Shown here in pieces: positions 9,203 to 19,036 of a stretch of DNA of 53,429 nt. Numbering within the stretch: the first letter of the stretch is position 1; each line of letters opens with the position of its first letter. Source of the stretch: Bacteroidales bacterium. GTDB taxonomy: Bacteria; Bacteroidota; Bacteroidia; Bacteroidales; VadinHA17. The stretch spans positions 1-53,429 of the forward strand of contig JAWOIF010000055.1 of assembly GCA_046484805.1 (NCBI GenBank). The letters are read 5' to 3'. Below the pieces are notes generated by a model, which ran no database searches, was not told the origin of the DNA, and saw nothing but the letters and a program-made list of their open reading frames with translations. Both the position numbers and the translations under genes were made by a program.

Positions 9203-11557
9203 ATGCCGGAGAAGTTTTCCATATATCTTCCCTTAATCACAGGACTGATGTTTGTTGCAGGGGTTCTTGCACCGTTGCTTTACAAGTTTATGGGCCGGCG
9301 CATCGGGCTTTTTCTCTCCCTCTTCCCTCTGATTTTTTTTATCACCCTATTTTTATACCTTCCTGTTATCGGAGAATCGGAAGCCCTGATAACGCCCGGT
9401 TTTTTCAATATTGCCGAAGGTATTGATCTGAGTTTCAGGATTGACGGCCTGAGTATTACATTTGGCCTGATGATAAGCGGTATCGGGTTCTTTGTAATGC
9501 TCTACTCGGCATTCTATATGTCAGCATACGAGAGACAGTCGCAATACTATCTCTACCTTACCCTCTTTATGGGAGCTATGACTGCCATGGTGTTTGCCGA
9601 CAACCTTATCTCCCTCTTTATTTTCTGGGAGCTGACCAGTGTTACCTCCTTCCTGCTGATAGGATTTAATTATGAGTCGGCAAAATCGAGGCAGGCAGCA
9701 CTGCAATCGCTACTGATAACGGCTTTCGGGGGCTTGTGTCTGTTGTTTGCCGTTATACTGACCGGTAATATAGCCGGAACATACAGGATAAGCGAGATAA
9801 TAGCTGCGGGCTTTAGCATTGCATCACATCCACACTCCCTGCTGATATTTATTCTGATGTTGCTTGCCGTACTTACCAAGTCGGCACAGTTCCCTTTTCA
9901 TTTCTGGCTTCCGGGGGCGATGAATGCTCCCACGCCGATAAGCGCCTATCTGCATTCCGCCACAATGGTCAATGCAGGGATTTTCCTGCTTATGCGGGTT
10001 CACCCTTTTCTGGGAGACATACACCTGTGGGAGGGCACTCTGATGATATCCGGTGGTATTACGATGTTTCTGGGAGCGTTTTTCTCGATGGGACAGACCG
10101 ACATCAAACGAATTCTCGCATTTACTACCATAAGTGCCCTCGGCACCATGGTATTGCTGATAGGTATTAATACATCACTATCGATAAAGGCAGCCCTGGT
10201 CTTTTTTATTGTACATGCTCTGTATAAGGGAGGCCTTTTTATGATGGCCGGCATTATTGATAAAAGTACGGGGACACGTGATATTACAAAACTTGCCAGG
10301 CTGACCAGGGGCCTGCCTTTTACTACTGCGGCAACAGTACTTGCGCTTATATCTATGGCAGGACTGCCTCCCATGCTGGGCTTCATAGGCAAGGAACTTA
10401 TCTATGAGGCCAAGATTCAGTTGCCTGGCCTGTCATGGCTGGTACTTCCACTGGGAGTTGGCGCCAATATCATGATGGTGGCTATTTCACTTACCCTCTT
10501 CGTTGAACTCTTTTACCCTCTAAGAAAAAAGGAGGGGGTACCATTCAAATATACAGAAAGGAGATTCCCTTGGTATTTTCCGGCAGGGACAATCATACTT
10601 GCAGTTGCGGGACTATTACTGGGTTTGTTTCCGGGTTGGCTCGACAGGCTGATCAGCAATGCACTGGTATTTGCCGGAAACTATGATACAATGGTAAAAC
10701 TATCGCTTTGGCACGGATTCAACGACGTCTTTATTGTAAGCCTTCTGACAATTATATCAGGGGTGATCGTTTTTATTAACAGGCACAGGGTTATGCCTGC
10801 TATATCATCACTTATAGCATGGTTTGACAGACTTTTCCTGCCTGATCTGTTTGCCATGGCGATTAAGAAGTATGTTGAGGTGGCCGGCCGGCAGACTTCC
10901 CGTATTCAGCACGGGTATCACAGGTTTTACCTGATGACATTCTTCATGGTCACTCTCCTGTTGGTTGCTTTCAAATTATTCTCAGGCAGGGTAGATATGG
11001 TCGATCTTACGGGTCTGAGTCCGATAAAACTGCATGTGGGCCTACTCTTACTGGTATCTGCACTTGCTGTCGTCTTTGCCGTATTTACAGGTGGAAGGCT
11101 CACGGCAATACTGGCCATGGGTGTTGTAGGATATGGAATAGGGTTGCTGTACCTTTTTTACGGGGCTGTTGACCTGGCAATCACCCAGTTTCTTGCTGAA
11201 ACAGTACTGATGGTGCTTTTTGTAATGGTTATGCTCAAGCTGCCCAGATTCGGAGTTGTCTCAGGCAGGACCTCCAGAATTCGCGATATTGTTATCTCCC
11301 TGGCAGTAGGAGTGATGGTAACTCTCGTCGTACTGAATGCCAGATTCATTAACCTTTACGAGCCTGTTTCAAACTTTTATGCCGCCAACAGCCTTACAAA
11401 AGCACACGGCAGGAATATTGTAAATGTGATTCTCGTCGATTTCAGGGCTCTTGATACTCTGGGTGAGATCACCGTGCTGACACTGGCAGCTGTGGGCGTA
11501 TACGCACTTTTCAACATCAGGGTTAAAAAGATTAAGGAGAAGGAGGAGAGCCAATGA
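9203..11557 (+). CDS. mrpA: Multisubunit Na+/H+ antiporter subunit A
   Basis: FWELTS, KSAQFPFHFWLP..APTPISAYLHSATMV and C-terminal NIVNVILVDFRALDTLGE. Confidence 0.95.
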   Translation: MPEKFSIYLPLITGLMFVAGVLAPLLYKFMGRRIGLFLSLFPLIFFITLFLYLPVIGESEALITPGFFNIAEGIDLSFRIDGLSITFGLMISGIGFFVMLYSAFYMSAYERQSQYYLYLTLFMGAMTAMVFADNLISLFIFWELTSVTSFLLIGFNYESAKSRQAALQSLLITAFGGLCLLFAVILTGNIAGTYRISEIIAAGFSIASHPHSLLIFILMLLAVLTKSAQFPFHFWLPGAMNAPTPISAYLHSATMVNAGIFLLMRVHPFLGDIHLWEGTLMISGGITMFLGAFFSMGQTDIKRILAFTTISALGTMVLLIGINTSLSIKAALVFFIVHALYKGGLFMMAGIIDKSTGTRDITKLARLTRGLPFTTAATVLALISMAGLPPMLGFIGKELIYEAKIQLPGLSWLVLPLGVGANIMMVAISLTLFVELFYPLRKKEGVPFKYTERRFPWYFPAGTIILAVAGLLLGLFPGWLDRLISNALVFAGNYDTMVKLSLWHGFNDVFIVSLLTIISGVIVFINRHRVMPAISSLIAWFDRLFLPDLFAMAIKKYVEVAGRQTSRIQHGYHRFYLMTFFMVTLLLVAFKLFSGRVDMVDLTGLSPIKLHVGLLLLVSALAVVFAVFTGGRLTAILAMGVVGYGIGLLYLFYGAVDLAITQFLAETVLMVLFVMVMLKLPRFGVVSGRTSRIRDIVISLAVGVMVTLVVLNARFINLYEPVSNFYAANSLTKAHGRNIVNVILVDFRALDTLGEITVLTLAAVGVYALFNIRVKKIKEKEESQ

Positions 11558-11976
11558 GGAATATTGTTTTAATTAAAATATCAAAGCTTTACCTGGTGGC
11601 GATGATCATCTTTTCCATATTTGTGCTGCTCAGAGGGCACAATCACCCGGGAGGCGGATTCATAGGAGGGATAATCACATCGACAGGATTTATCTTCTAC
11701 GGGATCATAAATGGATCGGATAAGGTAAAGGGGCTATTTCGGATAACAACCATTGAGCTGATGGGTGCCGGCCTTCTGGCAGGGCTGATAGCCTTGCTGA
11801 TACCTGTTTTCGCCGGACGCGAACCATTTACCGGGGTCTGGATAGAGTTCAGCATCTTCTCTGCGGAATTTCATCTGGGTACACCCCTGCTGTTTGACAC
11901 CGGTATCTATTTGGTGGTAACCGGAGTATTTCTCTCAATAATAATCAGTGTAATGGATGTTGTTAAATGGAACTAG
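11554..11976 (+). CDS. mrpB: Na+/H+ antiporter subunit B
   Basis: RGHNHPGGGFIGG and LFDTGIYLVV; ATGA overlap with mrpA. Confidence 0.93.
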   Translation: MRNIVLIKISKLYLVAMIIFSIFVLLRGHNHPGGGFIGGIITSTGFIFYGIINGSDKVKGLFRITTIELMGAGLLAGLIALLIPVFAGREPFTGVWIEFSIFSAEFHLGTPLLFDTGIYLVVTGVFLSIIISVMDVVKWN

Positions 11977-12314
11977 TTATTGCGATATTCATAGGGCTTC
12001 TTTATGCCTGTGGCGTTTACCTGGTACTCAGAAGAAGCATCATTAAGGTCATCCTGGGAATTTTCGTCCTGAGCAATGCCACCAACCTGATAATCTTCCT
12101 TGCCGGAGGCGTAACACGGAATGGCAAAGCATTTATCCCGGCTGATGCGGAAACCATAGATCCGACCCTGATATCTGATCCCATTCCCCAGGCTCTCATT
12201 CTTACGGCAGTAGTAATAAGTCTTGGAATATCGGCATATGTTCTGGCACTCAAGTTCAGGTATTTCGAGGTTACCGGAACACATGACCTTGATCAATTAA
12301 GTAATACTGACTGA
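11967..12314 (+). CDS. mrpC: Na+/H+ antiporter subunit C
   Basis: DPIPQALILTAVVI motif. Confidence 0.94.
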   Translation: MELVIAIFIGLLYACGVYLVLRRSIIKVILGIFVLSNATNLIIFLAGGVTRNGKAFIPADAETIDPTLISDPIPQALILTAVVISLGISAYVLALKFRYFEVTGTHDLDQLSNTD

Positions 12315-12316
12315 GA

Positions 12317-13831
12317 ATGGAGGTTCTGGCACCGGTACTGATTCCTTTGGGATACATAATCTTTGCCCTGCTTACAAGGTCGAAAGCCATCAAGCAGGTA
12401 ATGGCAGTGCTCTTTTCCTTCCTGAACCTTATGGTGGCATTGTGGATAGTCAGGATTGTCGGGGAGCATGAGATGATTGTGAGCCATATTGGCTCATGGC
12501 CTGCCCCTTATGGCATTGTAATGGTTGCCGACAGGTTCAGTGCCATAATGCTCACTGTTGCGGCTATTGTCTTTCTGGCGACTACGGTGTACTCCACCCA
12601 GGCCATAGATTCACTCAGAAAGGAGAACGGCTTTTTTCTCATCTCTTTTGGAATACTGGCAGGTGTGAACGGCAGCTTCATGGCCGGTGACCTTTTCAAT
12701 CTCTATGTCTGGTTCGAAGTGATGCTGATGGGCTCATTTATACTGGTTAGCTTCGGCGGAGAGAGACTTCAGCTGCAGGGGGCTATCAAGTATCTTATTC
12801 TTAATCTTATATCGTCATTCTTCTTTCTGGCCGGCGTAGGGATTCTATATGGCAAGCTGGGCTCTCTCAATATGGCTGATATCTCATACAAGATTATGGA
12901 ATCGGGTGACCTGCTGTCATCCCTGACCCCGTCACTGGTGCTTTTTGTTGTTGGTTTTGCTATCAAAGGGGCACTCTTCCCGTTCTTTTTCTGGCTCCCG
13001 GCATCATACCCCACACCACCACCCGCTGTTACGGCTCTGTTTGCCGGGCTGCTAACCAAGGTAGGGATTTATTCCCTAATCAGGATTTATTCCCTATTTC
13101 TGTCACATTCCGATTCTTTCTGGAACCCTCTGATAATGTGGCTGGGTGTCCTCTCAATGGTGATCGGAGTTATTACTGCAACCTCACAGTTCGATTTCAG
13201 AAAAATACTCTCATTCCATATTATCAGCCAGGTGGGGTATGCAGTAACCGGTCTGGCATTCTATACTGTAGGCGGCGTTGCGGCGGCCATCTTTTTTCTG
13301 GCGCACAATATGATCTCAAAGACAAATGCGTTTCTTGTTGCAGGATGGGTGCATCGTCAAAAAGGGTCGCTTGACATCAGGAATCTGGGAGATATGCTAA
13401 AAAGCAGCCGTATCTGGTCAACGCTATTCTTTATTTCTGCCTTCAGCCTGGCGGGCCTGCCTCCCCTGAGTGGTTTTGCAGCCAAGTTTTTTATTATCAA
13501 ATCAGGTATTGAAGCCGGACAGATAGTTGTATCGATGATAGCCCTGTTCGTGGGCTTCTTTACGCTCTTCTCGATGGTTAAGATATGGATTGAGGTATTC
13601 TGGAAACCGGCACCGGTAACCGGGGAAGCAGATAAAACCGGCGACACAGCCCTTCTGCCTGACAGAATCATGCTTGGTTCCTCGTTATTTCTGGGGGTTA
13701 TAATTGTTTTCATGGGGATCTTTGCCTTACCTGTCATAGAATTCTGTGAGGCAGCTGCAGCTGACCTGCTCGATACAGGTAAATACCACAGCTACATATT
13801 TGGTGAAGCATTAACAATAACGATTAATTGA
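12317..13831 (+). CDS. mrpD: Na+/H+ antiporter subunit D
   Basis: DLFNLYVWFEVML, KGALFPFFFWLPASY and LAGLPPLSGF. Confidence 0.94.
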   Translation: MEVLAPVLIPLGYIIFALLTRSKAIKQVMAVLFSFLNLMVALWIVRIVGEHEMIVSHIGSWPAPYGIVMVADRFSAIMLTVAAIVFLATTVYSTQAIDSLRKENGFFLISFGILAGVNGSFMAGDLFNLYVWFEVMLMGSFILVSFGGERLQLQGAIKYLILNLISSFFFLAGVGILYGKLGSLNMADISYKIMESGDLLSSLTPSLVLFVVGFAIKGALFPFFFWLPASYPTPPPAVTALFAGLLTKVGIYSLIRIYSLFLSHSDSFWNPLIMWLGVLSMVIGVITATSQFDFRKILSFHIISQVGYAVTGLAFYTVGGVAAAIFFLAHNMISKTNAFLVAGWVHRQKGSLDIRNLGDMLKSSRIWSTLFFISAFSLAGLPPLSGFAAKFFIIKSGIEAGQIVVSMIALFVGFFTLFSMVKIWIEVFWKPAPVTGEADKTGDTALLPDRIMLGSSLFLGVIIVFMGIFALPVIEFCEAAAADLLDTGKYHSYIFGEALTITIN

Positions 13832-13838
13832 CCTTTAC

Positions 13839-14186
13839 ATGTTTAAGAAGATCAAAAAGATAGTTACAAGAGCATTGAATCTGGCAGCACTGTTCCTCTA
13901 TTTCTGTTATAAGATAGTGATGTCAGGGTGGATTGTGGGATGGTCGGTATTGAAGGGTTATCGCGGAGAGAACGGGACCATGGTTTTATACAGGCCGGTT
14001 GTAAGATCAGGTTGGGCTCTTGTTCTGCTTTTCAGCCTGATCAGCATGACACCGGGGTCGCTGAGTGTTGATATTTCGGAAGATAACAGCGCCATTCACG
14101 TGCATCTTCTCGACCGGGCGGGAGCAGATGATTTCTTTGCCGTCACCGGAAGGATTGAAAGGATGCTTGACCGGATTTTTAACTGA
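13839..14186 (+). CDS. mrpE: Na+/H+ antiporter subunit E (short form)
   Basis: ISMTPGSLSVD..IHVH motif and operon position. Confidence 0.85.
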   Translation: MFKKIKKIVTRALNLAALFLYFCYKIVMSGWIVGWSVLKGYRGENGTMVLYRPVVRSGWALVLLFSLISMTPGSLSVDISEDNSAIHVHLLDRAGADDFFAVTGRIERMLDRIFN

Positions 14187-14237
14187 TAATACGCAGATAT
14201 ATTCGTGCAGAAATGAACAAAGACAGATGGTAAGAAT

Positions 14238-14522
14238 ATGACAGGTACTTCATTTTTAAATATAGCATCAGAGACTGCAATGTGGGTTATGACACTCAGC
14301 CTTCTGTTCCCTCTGTACCGGCTTTTCAGAGGACCCGGCCTGCCTGACCGCGTGATAGCTCTCGATCAGATAGCAATGATAGTAATTGGTATAATTATCT
14401 GTGATGCTATCTATTCCAACGATCACATACTGCTTGATGTCGTGCTGATAGTATCTTTCATGCTTGTCTTCGGGGCAATAATCATAGCACACTACCTTCA
14501 TAAAAAACAACTGGAAGAATGA
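14238..14522 (+). CDS. mrpF: Na+/H+ antiporter subunit F
   Basis: RLFRGPGLPDRVIALD motif. Confidence 0.92.
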   Translation: MTGTSFLNIASETAMWVMTLSLLFPLYRLFRGPGLPDRVIALDQIAMIVIGIIICDAIYSNDHILLDVVLIVSFMLVFGAIIIAHYLHKKQLEE

Positions 14523-14815
14523 AAGAGATAATAACCGGAATACTGGTCCTCTCGGGGGCACTTATAGTGCTGGTAGCTTCATTGGGCATATTAAGGTTTA
14601 AGGACCTTTACTCGCGTACCCATGTTGTTACCAAAGTCTCATCTTTTGCAATGCTACTGTTTCTGGTCGCGGTTAATATTCATTTTTTAAGTGTCAGAGT
14701 TCTTCTGGTTACACTAATTGTTTTCCATGTGGTAGTTGTTCTCGCTCCCGTAGGCGCACACGTAATTGCCAAGGTGAATAAGATACTTGATGAAACCTCA
14801 GGTCAGGGTAACTGA
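14519..14815 (+). CDS. mrpG: Na+/H+ antiporter subunit G
   Basis: GILRFKDLYSRTHVVTK and APVGAHVIAK. Confidence 0.92.
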   Translation: MKEIITGILVLSGALIVLVASLGILRFKDLYSRTHVVTKVSSFAMLLFLVAVNIHFLSVRVLLVTLIVFHVVVVLAPVGAHVIAKVNKILDETSGQGN

Positions 14816-17358
14816 GAGACTATAACGAGTCTTGAACTGGTCACCGCAGTATTGTTACTGAATCTGATAATATATATCCCTGCTTTTAACTGAGAGAGAT
14901 CAAGTTCGGTTGTTCCTTCAATTGTTTTGGTGAAAACAGCTGTACCTCCCGGCAGGAAGATAGTGATATCTGTTCTTTCACTGGCCGGAACAACAATTTT
15001 GCCGGTAGAGGGATTGGGGTAGAATGAAGCCGGGTCGGAAAGGTTTAAAGTTCGGGCAGGAACCTTTTCCATCCTGAAATCCTCAAACAGTATCCCCTTG
15101 CCATAAATCTGGGTTTTAATACCAAAATAGTGTGTCTCTGATTCAGCCGGTTTGAATACTGCCCGTGCAATTACATAGTCGTTGTATTGTACATAACTAT
15201 CGGAGTAAATGTTGTGCTGAAGAAGACCGTTATTATGCCTTTCTGTTCCGCCATAGAAAGCAATATATTCCCTGCTGGCCGGGTCAGAACTTTTATATCT
15301 GAATGTAATCAGATATTTAGATTGAGAGGAAAGGTTTATTCCAGGTGTATAAAACCAATTAGATTGAGGCCCCGGATCTCTTATCAGAATTGCGTTCGAC
15401 CCCGATAAGCTGTTGATGGATGAAAGCTCCCACTGGTCAGCCCCGGCACCTGCTTTCCATCCCCTGGGAAGTTCACTGAATGTGGCAGTTGAGAAATCCT
15501 CCGTCCATGGAAGCGAGATTACATTGTGAATGCCGGTTCTTTCCGATCCTTTAAGCGGACTGGAGTATATTCCGTCAGTTTCATCAGTTATCGACCAGAT
15601 AGTGTAATAGTAAGGTTCATCGCTAACCAGTCCGGTATGCAGGAAAGACGTTCCGGTCCCCTTGTATATTACAGTGCCATTGGTACCGATTCTGTCTCCG
15701 GGAGAATATGCAGATGAAACTCCCGGATTTAGTGGTTCGTCGGTTGTTGAAACTGCAATCATGAAGGGTTTGGTTCCCGTACCTGACCAGTTCAGGCCAA
15801 GCGCATCGTCACTGTTCTGGCTGATGATCAGATTGCGGGGCATGTCAACATCGACCCTGAAGGTCATGCTGTCGGTATAATACTTTATATCGCTGATATA
15901 GATACCTGCCTCTGAACCATCCTGAAGGAATGCCGAAGGGTTAGTATTATCATTGAAAGCCGTGCGCCCGTACAGGTCTGAGAATGTTGCCGAGTTAACT
16001 GTCCCGTTAGCAGTCAGAGTACCTCCCGGCCTGAATATATAGACTTCATCGGGAGGGCCCTGGGCATTTCCCCTGTACCGGCGGTCAATTCTGGAGATAA
16101 TAATGCCGTTTGAGGGAAGTGTATTTTCATATATTCCTGTTTTCTTCCTGAATTCAAGAACAACGAACTCATCGCTTGAGTAGGGAGAAGCTATTTTAAA
16201 GCTGTTTTTTTCAGGCGAGGTAAGAGGCAGTAATGAGTAGGTTCCTGATTGAGTAATTTCCGGAATAGAACTGATCCATCCTCCATATCTCGATTTCATC
16301 CAGGCGGTTGGGTGTCCTCCGCCTGAGTGCATTAAGTCCCACGGACCGGCAGGGCTTATTCCGTCACGGGTATAGTGATAGAGGTCGGGAGCGCCAAGGG
16401 CGTGGAACATCTCATGTGTAAAGGTCTTTACGCTGACGTTTTCGAGTTGAAAGGTGTATCCGTATACCCTTTTACCCCAGAGGTTTGCTGTTAATGAATA
16501 GAGAGACCATCTATGGGGCCACAGAAGGTCACTCCAGCCATCGGCAGAGCCCTTGATTATAAAAGCAACATTATCGAATCTGCCGTCATTGTTCATGTCG
16601 AAGTTAACACCATCAGGGGCCTGGTAATTATCATTAATATATTTTACTACTCTTGCCAGAAGGTTGTGTTCCCTTGATGTCTTTTCGGAACTGGTCGAAT
16701 AGCCCTGTGGGTTTGTTGCTACATCGTAAGGTCTGAAGTAATCTCTTGGGTATATGTCGGTATAACAAAGATTTTCGGTAGGGCCTCCTGGCATGTGATA
16801 ACTGATCATATCGACCTTGTCGTAGGAGATTTCACGGTAATAATGACGCACTGAGGAGGAAGTAAGGGAATTGAACCGGTTGTCATATGTGGTTCTGGTT
16901 GTGGTGAAATTGGATTGGTCGCTGAATTTGATATAGATTACCAGGTTATTGTAAACACCTGAATACTTTGAATCGAAACTGAAGTTGTTCTTCCTGTCCT
17001 CTGCTTCGAGGGTCTTGTAGAACTCCTCTCTCTTCCGGGAGACATTTGAAGGGATTACGACCGGCTTAATATTTGTTATTGAAAGGGGGTCATAATCGCC
17101 GGCCCGGTGATTTGTATAACTAAATATGGAATCATTTTGAAGCATATAGTAATAGTATCCGTCACCTCCTTTTTTCACCGGATAACCGAGGGTGTCGTGC
17201 ATCCAGTTGAAGAATTCGTCACCTGAGATGTAGAGACTGAGGGTTCTTCCGTCGGGGAGGTTAACGTTGCGGGGTTCGAAAAACAGAGGGGCCGAGGAGA
17301 GGCTGCAGGAAATCAGAAGGTATATCGAAACAGCTAATATTTTTCGCGTCAGATTCAT
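14803..17358 (-). CDS. M6 (immune inhibitor A-like) metalloprotease with accessory beta domains and a T9SS C-terminal sorting domain
   Basis: Signal peptide, LPDG..GDEF prodomain, WPHRW, HEMFHALGAPDLY zinc motif, and FYPNP...LKAGIYIIRF C-terminal domain. Confidence 0.88.
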   Translation of the reverse strand: MNLTRKILAVSIYLLISCSLSSAPLFFEPRNVNLPDGRTLSLYISGDEFFNWMHDTLGYPVKKGGDGYYYYMLQNDSIFSYTNHRAGDYDPLSITNIKPVVIPSNVSRKREEFYKTLEAEDRKNNFSFDSKYSGVYNNLVIYIKFSDQSNFTTTRTTYDNRFNSLTSSSVRHYYREISYDKVDMISYHMPGGPTENLCYTDIYPRDYFRPYDVATNPQGYSTSSEKTSREHNLLARVVKYINDNYQAPDGVNFDMNNDGRFDNVAFIIKGSADGWSDLLWPHRWSLYSLTANLWGKRVYGYTFQLENVSVKTFTHEMFHALGAPDLYHYTRDGISPAGPWDLMHSGGGHPTAWMKSRYGGWISSIPEITQSGTYSLLPLTSPEKNSFKIASPYSSDEFVVLEFRKKTGIYENTLPSNGIIISRIDRRYRGNAQGPPDEVYIFRPGGTLTANGTVNSATFSDLYGRTAFNDNTNPSAFLQDGSEAGIYISDIKYYTDSMTFRVDVDMPRNLIISQNSDDALGLNWSGTGTKPFMIAVSTTDEPLNPGVSSAYSPGDRIGTNGTVIYKGTGTSFLHTGLVSDEPYYYTIWSITDETDGIYSSPLKGSERTGIHNVISLPWTEDFSTATFSELPRGWKAGAGADQWELSSINSLSGSNAILIRDPGPQSNWFYTPGINLSSQSKYLITFRYKSSDPASREYIAFYGGTERHNNGLLQHNIYSDSYVQYNDYVIARAVFKPAESETHYFGIKTQIYGKGILFEDFRMEKVPARTLNLSDPASFYPNPSTGKIVVPASERTDITIFLPGGTAVFTKTIEGTTELDLSQLKAGIYIIRFSNNTAVTSSRLVIVSQLP

Positions 17359-17414
17359 GGTGCCTGGTGATAAATTGTTTTCTGGAGGAATGCTTCTTTA
17401 AGTAATACAAATAT

Positions 17415-17452
17415 AAAAAAATAGCCGCTGATAACAACCAGCGACTATTTTT
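17415..17452 (-). terminator. Intrinsic terminator after exbD (bidirectional appearance)
   Basis: AAAAATAGCCGCTG-N8-CAGCGACTATTTTT; directly abuts the minus-strand -7 box TATATTTG (17415-17408) of the M6 gene. Confidence 0.8.
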
Positions 17453-17471
17453 AACATCTCTTCCTGCAGTA

Positions 17472-17951
17472 TTAATACAGAGCTATCATTTCAACAGGAT
17501 TATTTGCATACATTATCTTGAGAGCATTGGCCTGCCTTAGTGCCTGTTTCACATCAATTACCACACCCATTTTGGTGGTACGGTCAATCTTCAGTGATAC
17601 GAGCATCTTTGACTTATCGGCCTCATCGAGAGCATCTCTTTCCTGAGCGATGAATTCCTGTATATCAATAACCTCCTTGAACGAATCATTCAGCTGTATT
17701 TTCGGTTCTGTTCCGAAAGTAGCCTGTAATTGTTCCACGGGTGTTCCGATATAGATAAAGCTGGCCAGTGATTTCTTTTCCAGCTTCTTTCCTTCAGTTG
17801 CATCGGGAAGAGCGACATTTATTTTAAGTTCCACCTCACGAAGTACGGTAACTGTCATGAAGAAGAAGAGGAGCATAAAAACAATATCGGGAAGTGATGC
17901 GGTATTTATTGCGCCTACCCCTTTTCCTGTACTTTTCTTGAATTTTGACAT
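17472..17951 (-). CDS. exbD: ExbD/TolR-family biopolymer transport protein
   Basis: INTASLPDIVFMLLFFFM TM segment with the conserved Asp. Confidence 0.9.
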   Translation of the reverse strand: MSKFKKSTGKGVGAINTASLPDIVFMLLFFFMTVTVLREVELKINVALPDATEGKKLEKKSLASFIYIGTPVEQLQATFGTEPKIQLNDSFKEVIDIQEFIAQERDALDEADKSKMLVSLKIDRTTKMGVVIDVKQALRQANALKIMYANNPVEMIALY

Positions 17952-18529
17952 TATTTTCCTCCCACTCTTTTAGGTTCAGCTTCTGAAATAGGTACAAAAT
18001 AATACTGATCAACAGCCTTTTGTCTTTCTTCATCAAGCTCGTAATAGCCTATACCCCATGTATTCATGGCGAGATCATTCTTGAGCTCATCCCTTGCGGC
18101 CAGCAGTTCATTTTGCACTGCTATGTAGACTGCGTAGGTTGTTCCCCTGTCATTTTGCAACGAAATCACGGCCTTGGTGGCCATAACGTCTCCGAAGAAC
18201 GGGATGGTTTTCATCTCTTTTTCCGCCATATTCACATTGTCGGTCGGATTGACGATGAATTGTTTTGTGATATCCCTTAGTTCTTCCAGTCTTGCCAGGT
18301 CACCTTCAACAAGCAGAAGGTCGTCCAGGTTAACTTTTACTTCAAGAATGTTCCTGTCATTAATCTGGGATTCAGGTGTTTCCTGGGTTGGGTCTGGTGG
18401 CGGTGGCAACAGTCGCAGCAGCCCCATATCGGAATCCATGGTTGTGGTAACCAGGAAAAAGATAAGCAGGAGGAATGCGATGTCGGCCATCGACCCGGCA
18501 TTAATTGGTTGTATTGCCCTTTTTGCCAT
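17951..18529 (-). CDS. exbD: ExbD/TolR-family biopolymer transport protein
   Basis: INAGSMADIAFLLLIFFLVTT. Confidence 0.9.
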   Translation of the reverse strand: MAKRAIQPINAGSMADIAFLLLIFFLVTTTMDSDMGLLRLLPPPPDPTQETPESQINDRNILEVKVNLDDLLLVEGDLARLEELRDITKQFIVNPTDNVNMAEKEMKTIPFFGDVMATKAVISLQNDRGTTYAVYIAVQNELLAARDELKNDLAMNTWGIGYYELDEERQKAVDQYYFVPISEAEPKRVGGK

Positions 18530-18570
18530 AGTTTATAATATTTTACCCTGATTAACAGGAATCTACATCA

Positions 18571-19029
18571 TTATTTAAATGCTTTTGAGATCTCGGAGTA
18601 GATAATGGCCAGAATCGCAACGCCGGCGAGCAGGTAGGCTGTAATGAGCCCTGTATCTACGAACTTGAGAGTCTGTGGCACATTATCCTTTCCGGTGTAA
18701 TGCGGCAGGTTCAGCACTGTGTCATCAGCAAGGAACCATGCAACCAGTATTAACACTGCTGCAAATACTACTGCCACTATGCTCTTTTTTGCGCCTTTCG
18801 GATTAAGGAATAGGCCAATAAGTGAGAACACAATGGTAAGCCCGGCAGTAATTCCAAGCAGGATGTATGCCCAGGTCAGGAACGTTTCCGTTATCCTGGG
18901 TTCTTCAAAGTTTGTGCCCTCCGTGCCTTCAACCAGCGGTCCGGCGTAGAATATAACTACGATAACCGCGGTGATGACCATCAGCACACCCAGAAGAATA
19001 TTGATTAATCTTGATGATTTATTCGACAT
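18571..19029 (-). CDS. Conserved 4-TM membrane protein of the exbB-exbD cluster
   Basis: Four hydrophobic segments; start adjusted to MSNKSS (ATG at 19029), just after the exbB stop. Confidence 0.75.
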   Translation of the reverse strand: MSNKSSRLINILLGVLMVITAVIVVIFYAGPLVEGTEGTNFEEPRITETFLTWAYILLGITAGLTIVFSLIGLFLNPKGAKKSIVAVVFAAVLILVAWFLADDTVLNLPHYTGKDNVPQTLKFVDTGLITAYLLAGVAILAIIYSEISKAFK

Positions 19030-19036
19030 GGTGCGA

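Noticed and set aside
9057..17400. mrp and M6 block as a tRNA-integrated genomic island
   Set aside because: No integrase, no duplicated tRNA 3' end found by eye, and no obvious compositional shift.
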